Below, piece by piece: positions 48,514-55,620 of a DNA stretch of 64,000 bases. This DNA comes from Lysobacterales bacterium (GTDB lineage: Bacteria > Pseudomonadota > Gammaproteobacteria > Xanthomonadales > SZUA-5). The first letter of the stretch is position 1; each line of letters opens with the position of its first letter. Under the pieces are notes generated by a model, which was not told the DNA's origin, did no database searches, and saw nothing but the letters and a program-made list of their open reading frames with translations. Made by a program: the position numbers and the translations under genes. The DNA lies in assembly GCA_050250665.1 (NCBI GenBank), contig JBFWOF010000007.1:32112-96111 (forward strand), in the 5' to 3' direction.

Positions 48514-49980
48514 ATGCGACTGCGAGTATGGCAACGTCTGTTCCTGGTGCTGACGGCGCTGGTGCTCGGCAGCCAGCTGCTGACCCTGTGGGCGCAGCAG
48601 CGCGTGTTCGGCCATGGGCTGCTCGATTACGTCAATGGTCTGGACCGGAGCCGGGCCGAGGCCGTGGTCGAGCAGCTCTCGGCTCTGTACCTGCGCGAGG
48701 GCGGCTTCGAATCGCTCGCAAGCACCCAGGGACGCTTTCGGCGTCTGGTACTGCGCGCCGCAGCGGGTAGTGGGGCGGAAGGCGAGGCCCCGGTCGAAGC
48801 GCCGGCGCGACAACGCGAAGGCCGCGGACCGCCGCGTGCCCAGCGTTCTCCAGGCGCCGGGCAAACCCGACCGCCACCGCCCAAGTCTGGCGCCATTGAT
48901 TTCTTTGCCCGGCTCAAACTGCAGGATGTGCAGGGCCGGGACATCGCCGGAAATCTGCGCCTTTCAGACGGACAGGCCATCGCCATCGAAGCCGATGGTG
49001 CCGTGGTCGGACAGCTGGTGCTGGCCGCATTGCCGCAGCTCAACGACGCCGCCGATCTGGCCTTTGCCCAGCAGCAGACCCAGGCCATGACGCTGACGGC
49101 CATCGGCGTTCTGGCGCTGGCCCTGCCGCTGTCGCTGCTGCTGGCGCGGCAGTTCACGCGTCCGCTGCGATCGGTGGTCAGGGCCGCACATGCGTTGGCT
49201 GCCGGCAATGACGCGCCGCCGGTCGAGGTGCGCGGGCGCGACGAGCTGGCCGAGCTTGCGCAGGACTTCAACCGGCTGTCTGAACTCCACGCGCGTAACC
49301 GCCATCTGCGGCAGCAGTGGATGGCCGATGTCTCGCATGAGCTGCGCACGCCGCTGACGGTCATCCGTGGCGAACTTGAAGCATTGACCTGCGGCGTGCG
49401 CGTGCCAGATGCGGATGCGCTGCGCTCGCTGAGCGCCGAGGCGGAGCAGCTGTCCGCATTGATCGATGATCTGTTCCAGCTCAGCCTGGCCGATCTCGGC
49501 GCGCTGGAATATCGCTTCGAGATTGTCGACCTGCGTGAACTGCTGGGCGATGCCGTGGCCGCGCACCAGCGTGCCTGCGCTGAAGCCGGGCTTGCGCTGT
49601 CCTTGGATCCGGGCTCGGAACCGCTGCCGGTGCGCGCCGATCCCCGGCGCTTGCGCCAGCTCTGCGACAACCTGCTGGTCAATGCCCGCCGCTACAGCGA
49701 TCGCGGCGGCCGCGTCGAAGTGCACAGCGGTCGCGAGGGCCGCTGGGCCAGGCTGCGTATCGACGACACGCCGCCGGGCGTGGACCCGCAGCAGCTCGAA
49801 CAGCTGTTCGAGCGCTTCTTCCGGGTCGAGCGTTCGCGCAGCCGCGCCGGTGGTGGCGCCGGGCTGGGACTGGCCATCTGCAAAGCCATCGCCGAAGCCC
49901 ACGGCGCGCGCATCGAAGCCTCCGCCTCGCCGCTGGGCGGATTGCGGGTTGATCTGACCATTCCGCTGGAAACAGCCTGA
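48514..49980 (+). CDS. baeS: sensor histidine kinase, BaeS-like
   Basis: Two TM segments, HAMP, H-box MADVSHELRTPLT, N/G boxes (NARRYS, GGGAGLGLAICK). Start at ATG 48514. Confidence 0.8.
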   Translation: MRLRVWQRLFLVLTALVLGSQLLTLWAQQRVFGHGLLDYVNGLDRSRAEAVVEQLSALYLREGGFESLASTQGRFRRLVLRAAAGSGAEGEAPVEAPARQREGRGPPRAQRSPGAGQTRPPPPKSGAIDFFARLKLQDVQGRDIAGNLRLSDGQAIAIEADGAVVGQLVLAALPQLNDAADLAFAQQQTQAMTLTAIGVLALALPLSLLLARQFTRPLRSVVRAAHALAAGNDAPPVEVRGRDELAELAQDFNRLSELHARNRHLRQQWMADVSHELRTPLTVIRGELEALTCGVRVPDADALRSLSAEAEQLSALIDDLFQLSLADLGALEYRFEIVDLRELLGDAVAAHQRACAEAGLALSLDPGSEPLPVRADPRRLRQLCDNLLVNARRYSDRGGRVEVHSGREGRWARLRIDDTPPGVDPQQLEQLFERFFRVERSRSRAGGGAGLGLAICKAIAEAHGARIEASASPLGGLRVDLTIPLETA

Positions 49981-50669
49981 TGAACAGTGCACACATCCTG
50001 ATCGTCGAAGACGAAGCCAAGATCGCCTCGCTGTTGCGCGATTTTCTGAGTAGCGAGGGTCATCGCATCAGTGTGCTCGGCGAAGGTACCGAGGTCATTG
50101 CCTGGATTCGCGCGCAGAATCCCGATCTGGTGCTGCTCGACCTGATGCTGCCGGGGCGCGATGGCCTGTCGATCTGCCGCGAACTGCGGAGCTTTTCCAC
50201 GGTGCCGGTGATCATGCTCACCGCCCGCGTCGAGGAGATCGACCGCCTGCTGGGGCTGGATCTGGGCGCCGACGACTACATCTGCAAGCCCTTCAGCCTG
50301 CGCGAGGTGGTTGCCCGCGTCCGCGGCCTGCTGCGCCGGGCGTCACCGGGATCGACCAGCGAGTTCATGCTCGATCCCGTGCGCTTCGAGGCCCGTTTCC
50401 GCGGCCAGCAGCTGGCCCTGACCGTCGCCGAATTCCGCCTGTTGAACGCGCTGGTATCGCAGCCGGGCCGGGTCTATGGCCGAGCCCAACTGCTGGATCT
50501 GCTGTACCTCGATCACCGCGTGGTCACCGATCGTTCGGTGGATACCCACGTGAAGAATCTGCGCCGCAAGCTGCAGGAAGTCGCACCGGAAGCCGACCCG
50601 ATACAGACCGTTTATGGCGCCGGCTACAAGTACGCGGTCCAGGTGCCGGGTAGCAGCGATCGCGGCTGA
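49980..50669 (+). CDS. baeR: OmpR-family response regulator, BaeR-like
   Basis: ILIVEDE, DLVLLDLMLPGRDG, EEIDRLLGLDLGADDYICKPFSLREVVARV, RVVTDRSVDTHVKNLRRKL closely track E. coli BaeR (from memory). Confidence 0.85.
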   Translation: MNSAHILIVEDEAKIASLLRDFLSSEGHRISVLGEGTEVIAWIRAQNPDLVLLDLMLPGRDGLSICRELRSFSTVPVIMLTARVEEIDRLLGLDLGADDYICKPFSLREVVARVRGLLRRASPGSTSEFMLDPVRFEARFRGQQLALTVAEFRLLNALVSQPGRVYGRAQLLDLLYLDHRVVTDRSVDTHVKNLRRKLQEVAPEADPIQTVYGAGYKYAVQVPGSSDRG

Positions 50670-50950
50670 AGCCGCTCCCACAGTTGTGGTGTGTCCGCGG
50701 CTCTCAGGCCAGCGTACTCCGCCGCCCTGTGGGAGCGGACTCTGTCCGCGATCGGGGTGTCTGCGAGCAGCGCAGCTGTCAGTTCGACCCTTCGCGTCAA
50801 CGTGACTTAGCTCCTGCCGGGAAAAGAGGGGCAGGGGGCAAGGGGCAGGGGACCACCCCGCCGCACGGTCAGATCGTGTAGCGAGCTTGGGCCCCTGCCA
50901 CTCGCCTCCTGTTTGTTGCGCGAAAAAGCGCACCGCCAGGGGCGACCGAG
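50642..50950. repeat. direct repeat copy A (REP family 2 derived), interrupted by a 95-bp insertion at 50816-50910
   Basis: 50642-50815 and 50911-50950 align by eye with 58507-58720. Contains CGCGGCTGAAGCCGCTCCCACA / TGTGGGAGCGGACTCTGTCCGCG inverted arms and a GTCA..ACGTGAC hairpin. Confidence 0.85.
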
Positions 50951-50962
50951 TCTCGGTCGACC

Positions 50963-51034
50963 CTGCGCGCAGAGACCGACGAACTCCGCACGCGGCTCGA
51001 TCGTATCGAGCCGTTGCTGGGGGCGAAGGACTGA
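50963..51034 (+). pseudogene. remnant 3' end of a tail-fibre-like (S74 chaperone) gene
   Basis: Translates LRAETDELRTRLDRIEPLLGAKD*, versus the intact gene end MRAENAALRARLDRIEQLLGAKD* at 53127-53198. An in-frame stop lies at 50879-50881 with no homologous coding between it and the remnant. Confidence 0.7.
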
Positions 51035-51121
51035 TCAAGACGTTGCGCCATAGCTCCAGTCTTGTCGCGTTTTGCGGTCGGCTCCGTAGATGTAGATATG
51101 TCCTCAAGAGCGACGCCAGAC

Positions 51122-51385
51122 ATGCGCCTTCATCTCACACCCTTGATCCTGCTGTTGGGTCTCGCCGCGCCAGCGGCGGCCGAGTCGAATGGCGATTCGT
51201 TTCGCGCCACCGCGACCATTGAAAAGCGCCAGGTCAGCGAGGACGGCCGTTACGCCGTGGTGGGCCAGGCCCTGCGCAAGCAGGAAACGGGCTCTGCCGA
51301 CGGGCGCTATGTACTCAAGACCACCGCCGCGACCTGCAACCCCGGCGCCGACAGCCTGTTCCGCAACGGCTTTGAAAACCCCTGA
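51122..51385 (+). CDS. small secreted hypothetical protein
   Basis: Signal peptide (LILLLGLAAPAAAE), 87 aa, internal DGRYAV/DGRYVL repeat, C-terminal LFRNGFENP. Confidence 0.5.
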   Translation: MRLHLTPLILLLGLAAPAAAESNGDSFRATATIEKRQVSEDGRYAVVGQALRKQETGSADGRYVLKTTAATCNPGADSLFRNGFENP

Positions 51386-51401
51386 TTTCCTGGAGATTCC
51401 C

Positions 51402-53198
51402 ATGCGCCTGACTCTGCTTACGCTCGCCATCGCCGGCCTGCTCGTCACCTTGCCCGCTAGCGCCGACACGCTGACCTACAGCGGCTATCTCGAATCCGGC
51501 AATGCACCCGCCAATGGTCACTTTGACCTGCGTCTGGTCACGCATGGCGACGCCAAGTTCGGCGCGCCGCTGGCGGCGCCGATCGAGTTCCCTGCGGTCG
51601 CGGTGACCGACGGCGCCTTCCGCGTCGAGTTCGAGATGCCGGCTGGCCGCGATGAGGCCTGGGTGGAACTGGCGGTGCGCGCCGCAGGCGAATCCGTCTG
51701 GAGCACGATCCCGGGGCGTACCAAGGCAAGTTCCGCACCCAGCGCGATCGGCCAGTGCTGGAGCAGCACCGGCGATGACGGCAGCAACCCGGCATTGAAC
51801 TTTCTGGGCACCACCGATGCACAGCCGCTGGTGCTGCGCACGCGCAATGTGCAGAGCCTGCGGTTGGAGCCGAGCTCGATTTTGTTCAACGGCGCACCCA
51901 TTACGGCGAACGTCATCGCGGGGTCGAGCGCGAACAGCGTTACCGCAGGCGTACGTGGCGCCACGATTGCGGGAGGTGGCTTGCCCAGCGGCAACAGCGA
52001 TCCTGACTTTGACGATGAAGCACCCAATCGCGTGACCGATGCCTACGGCACGGTCGGTGGTGGTTATGGCAACCGGGCCGGAGATAACGCGGGATCTGCA
52101 ACGGATGCAGGCCATGCCACGGTTGCCGGCGGCACCAGGAACATCGCGACGGGGCTTGGCAGTGCCATCGCAGGAGGCTCAACGAACACGGCGAGTGCAG
52201 TCGGCAGCAGCGTGGGCGGTGGCGGCGGGAACCTTGCAAGCGGTAATTACGGGGTTGTCGCAGGGGGCGCCCTGAATTCAGCCACCGGCGCCGGGAGCAC
52301 GGTCAGCGGCGGCATTTCCAACTGTGCCGGTGGTGTCGGCTCGTGGGCGGGTGGCAACCGAGCCAAGGTGCGGCCTGGCAGCGAATCAGGCTTAGGCGGC
52401 AATGCCTGTGCAGTTGAGCTATCGCCGGACGCACTGGGCGATCACGGTACGTTTGTCTGGTCCGACAGTGGATTCGGCGGCGGCGGCAGCCCATTTGTTT
52501 CCACCGGCCCCAACCAATTCCTCGTCCGCGCCCAGGGCGGCATGGCGATCAACACCAACACCCCGACTGCCGGTGCCGCGCTCACGGTGAACGGCAATGT
52601 CGCTGTTGCCACCACCGGCTCGCTCAGCTTCGGCTCGCAAACCCGGCAGATGCTCAACCTCTGGGGCCCGGCCGGCTACGGCATTGGCGTGCAGAGCGAT
52701 CGTCTCTACTTCCGCAGCTTCAGCGGCTTCAGCTGGTTCCAGGGCGGCGCGCACAACGATGCGGCCGACAACGCCGGCACCGGCGGCACGCTGCGCATGC
52801 GCCTGTCCAATACCGGCCAGCTGCAAACCACCACCGGCACCATCAGCACGCTGTCCGACGCGCGTTTGAAGGATCAGATCGCGGACTACTCCGGCGCACT
52901 GGATCGCATCAACGCGCTGCGCCCCGTGAGCTATCACTACCGCAACGCCGGCAAGGCCGCCTTCCAACCCGAGGGCACGCATTTGGGATTCATCGCCCAG
53001 GAAATGCAGCAGGTCTTTCCGCAGTGGGTCAGCGAGGGCGACGACGGCCACTTGATGCTGTCGATGCGCGGCTTCGAGGCCGTCGCCGTCAGGGCGATGC
53101 AGGAGCTGAGTGCGGAGAACGACGCGATGCGGGCCGAGAACGCCGCGCTCCGCGCGCGGCTGGATCGCATCGAGCAGTTGTTGGGAGCGAAGGACTGA
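51402..53198 (+). CDS. secreted tail-fibre-like protein with C-terminal S74-type intramolecular chaperone domain
   Basis: ATG 51402 preceded by GGAGA. Signal peptide. Gly-rich GG..N.A.G..S.V.GG head-like repeats. C-terminal SDARLKDQI ... LGFIAQEMQQVFPQWV ... coiled-coil tail. Confidence 0.8.
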   Translation: MRLTLLTLAIAGLLVTLPASADTLTYSGYLESGNAPANGHFDLRLVTHGDAKFGAPLAAPIEFPAVAVTDGAFRVEFEMPAGRDEAWVELAVRAAGESVWSTIPGRTKASSAPSAIGQCWSSTGDDGSNPALNFLGTTDAQPLVLRTRNVQSLRLEPSSILFNGAPITANVIAGSSANSVTAGVRGATIAGGGLPSGNSDPDFDDEAPNRVTDAYGTVGGGYGNRAGDNAGSATDAGHATVAGGTRNIATGLGSAIAGGSTNTASAVGSSVGGGGGNLASGNYGVVAGGALNSATGAGSTVSGGISNCAGGVGSWAGGNRAKVRPGSESGLGGNACAVELSPDALGDHGTFVWSDSGFGGGGSPFVSTGPNQFLVRAQGGMAINTNTPTAGAALTVNGNVAVATTGSLSFGSQTRQMLNLWGPAGYGIGVQSDRLYFRSFSGFSWFQGGAHNDAADNAGTGGTLRMRLSNTGQLQTTTGTISTLSDARLKDQIADYSGALDRINALRPVSYHYRNAGKAAFQPEGTHLGFIAQEMQQVFPQWVSEGDDGHLMLSMRGFEAVAVRAMQELSAENDAMRAENAALRARLDRIEQLLGAKD

Positions 53199-53286
53199 AT
53201 TCAGCGATTGCCCACAGCGCCAGTTTTGTCGCGATTGGCGCTCGGAGTCGTAACTGACAATAAGCCCCCAAGGAACGAGCCACCTC

Positions 53287-54705
53287 ATGAGACCAACAAC
53301 GATCCCTCTTGCCGCGATGCCGAGCCTTGCCTTGCCACTTGCGACTGAATCGAATGCCGTCAAGCGACGCGGATTGCTCAGCCTTGGCGTCGCAGCATTG
53401 ATCGCCAGCGCCAGGTGCGCGGCGGAACCGATAGACCTGGATGTCGGGTTTGGCTTGAACGGCACAGTCTACGCACCGAACGATGCCCCGGGCTCGAACA
53501 ACCGGGACCGCACGGTCGCGGTCTTCCCGATCAGTTTTGACGACTACATCGTCGTCGCCGAAACCGCGAACGCATCCGGTGGCGTGAGCCCCACGTTCGT
53601 CCGTGTGACACCGACCGGTGTCCAATCGCGCAATACCGTCAACCTCAATGTCGTGGGTGTCACCGCTGCTTGCCGGGATCCGGCCAGTGGTGGATTCGTG
53701 CTTGGCATGCGCACGACTTCGTCCCAGGGCAACGCCATCGAATTCCGCAAATACAGCGCTGTGGGCACCCAGGACATGGCGTTCGGCGCGAGCGACGGTC
53801 GTTTTGCCTACGGCTCTGGTCTCTTTGAACGGGCGGCCGAAATGACCTGCCACGACGGTAGATTCTCGGCTGCGATGTGGCTCGGAACTACTGACGGCGA
53901 CTGGACCGGATATCGAATCGTGCAGGGTCCGCTGTCCGGTGGCTCCTTGGGAAACGGCAGACTGATGCTCCCTTCCAATACGCGCACGACCCGAACCTTG
54001 GGCAGCGGTGGCAGGGACGACGGTAAAGTGGTTTTCGTCAACGAACTCGATCAGGAAAACCAGCCCCTGTCCGTAGAGGTGCTGCAATTTGCGACCACGC
54101 AATTGAACCCGCAGCCGAGCATTGCCACCATCGCGATCGGCCAACACTGCGCGCTGGGCAGTACAAGTACCGTCGACAAGGCCCACGTCGATGGTTTGGG
54201 GCGAGTGCATGTTGCAGGCTCATCAACGATCGGCGCCACCCTCATTTCCAGCGGCAGGAAATTCAACTGGCTGATGCAGTTCAACCTAACGGACTCTGGC
54301 ACGATTGTTGCGGTTCGCTGTGGCACCCGCACGTTTGCGACGTTCAGCTTCGGTGCGATTCCGCCTGTGACGACAAACACCGCAGAAGCCTTCGAATTAA
54401 CGGGCCAGTCCATCTACTTGCTCACCACGCTGGCGACCGGCAACCTGACCCCCGACACGTCGACTCCGCAGCTTCTGCGCTTCCGGACCGCCGATTTGGT
54501 TTCTGACCTTTCCTATCTGCCAACCCTCATCACCGCCCCCGGCAACACGACACCGATGCATCGCGGCCGCAGCTTGTTATTTGATACGCGCCCCGCAGAT
54601 TCAAGGCTGCTGATCGCCGGCAACCGAGAATTTCAGGGCACCGACGAGGATCCGTTCGTGGTGCGCATGATCACTGCGCCGCTGTTTGCGAACGGCTTCG
54701 AATAA
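53287..54705 (+). CDS. secreted hypothetical protein, possibly beta-propeller (delta-60-repeat-like)
   Basis: N-terminal KRRGLLSLGVAALIASA (Tat-like or Sec signal). LDVGFGLNGTV- and QDMAFGASDGRF-type repeats. C-terminal LFANGFE. Confidence 0.45.
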   Translation: MRPTTIPLAAMPSLALPLATESNAVKRRGLLSLGVAALIASARCAAEPIDLDVGFGLNGTVYAPNDAPGSNNRDRTVAVFPISFDDYIVVAETANASGGVSPTFVRVTPTGVQSRNTVNLNVVGVTAACRDPASGGFVLGMRTTSSQGNAIEFRKYSAVGTQDMAFGASDGRFAYGSGLFERAAEMTCHDGRFSAAMWLGTTDGDWTGYRIVQGPLSGGSLGNGRLMLPSNTRTTRTLGSGGRDDGKVVFVNELDQENQPLSVEVLQFATTQLNPQPSIATIAIGQHCALGSTSTVDKAHVDGLGRVHVAGSSTIGATLISSGRKFNWLMQFNLTDSGTIVAVRCGTRTFATFSFGAIPPVTTNTAEAFELTGQSIYLLTTLATGNLTPDTSTPQLLRFRTADLVSDLSYLPTLITAPGNTTPMHRGRSLLFDTRPADSRLLIAGNREFQGTDEDPFVVRMITAPLFANGFE

Positions 54706-54759
54706 GCGCGTCCAGACGCGGACGTCAGTGGCGCATCAACTGTGCGGCCTGTGCTGAAC

Positions 54760-55302
54760 TCAAACGTTGAGCAGGAAGGCCCGCGCCGTGCGCCACTGCC
54801 GTTGCACCGTGCGCAGCGATACTCCCTGCAAGGCCGCGACCTCGTCGAGGTCGAGGCCGGAGAACACGCGCAGCGCGACCAGTTCGGCGAGTTCCGGGTC
54901 GTCGCGTTCGAGCGTGCGCATCGCCGCATCCCAGTCGACCAGTTCGGTCCAGTCCTGCGGCGCGACCGGCTCTCCGCCGATTTCCGGCATGCCATCGACG
55001 TACAGGCGGATACGTTCCAGCTCGGCTGCACGCGAACGCTGGCGGTCGATCCAGATCTGCTTCATCGCCGCGGCGGCGATGCGAAAGAAATGCACGCGAT
55101 CTTCGGCCTGAACCACGCTGCCGGCCAGCTTGAGCCAGGTTTCATTGACCAGCATGGTCGGCGACAGCGTGGCGCGCGAGTCGGCAGCGAGTCGCCGAGC
55201 GGCCAGACCGCGCAACTCCAGTTGGATGGCCCCGAACGCGGCATCGAAGGCAACCCGGTCACCTTCGGCGGCGCGGTGGATGAGTTGAGTGATCTGAGTC
55301 AT
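54760..55302 (-). CDS. ECF sigma factor of the Ser/Thr-kinase-associated type
   Basis: ITQLIHRAAEGDRVAFDAAF ... LSPTMLVNETWLKL ... LRTVQRQWRTARAFL. Pattern of the ECF subgroup usually paired with an STK. Confidence 0.85.
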   Translation of the reverse strand: MTQITQLIHRAAEGDRVAFDAAFGAIQLELRGLAARRLAADSRATLSPTMLVNETWLKLAGSVVQAEDRVHFFRIAAAAMKQIWIDRQRSRAAELERIRLYVDGMPEIGGEPVAPQDWTELVDWDAAMRTLERDDPELAELVALRVFSGLDLDEVAALQGVSLRTVQRQWRTARAFLLNV

Positions 55303-55341
55303 CGGATGGGGGCGCTGGAACCTCGGTTGAACGCACTTCGA

Positions 55342-55504
55342 CTAGTGTGGTGTCCCAAAAGTAATTCCACTAATTTCCGATGGATGTGGTCGCGAGGCAA
55401 GGCGCGAGAAGGAAGCTGTAGCAGCGCTACAGCGACGCCGCGCAACGCAGCATCGGGGCCACAGACGCGGAGATTAGTGAAGGACTGCTGGGACACCACA
55501 CTAG
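55342..55504. repeat. perfect 16-bp inverted repeat (CTAGTGTGGTGTCCCA / TGGGACACCACACTAG) enclosing 131 bp
   Basis: Read directly at 55342-55357 and 55489-55504. The interior is locally AT-richer and contains a CTGTAGCAGCGCTACAG hairpin. Confidence 0.7.
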
Positions 55505-55620
55505 CTTAGCAGGCTGTCGAAACGAGCCTGTAGAGGTGACCAGGAGGCAGCGCAACATCACAGGTTTAGGCAACGCCCGGCGGCTTGCTGAATCCCTGAG
55601 CGCGCGGCTAGTCTTCGGCG

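Noticed and set aside
51402-53198. Tail-fibre-like gene as evidence of a prophage
   Set aside because: No capsid, terminase, baseplate, integrase or lysis genes are nearby. The protein has a Sec signal peptide and native-looking GC, so it is more likely a host secreted protein using the S74 chaperone fold.
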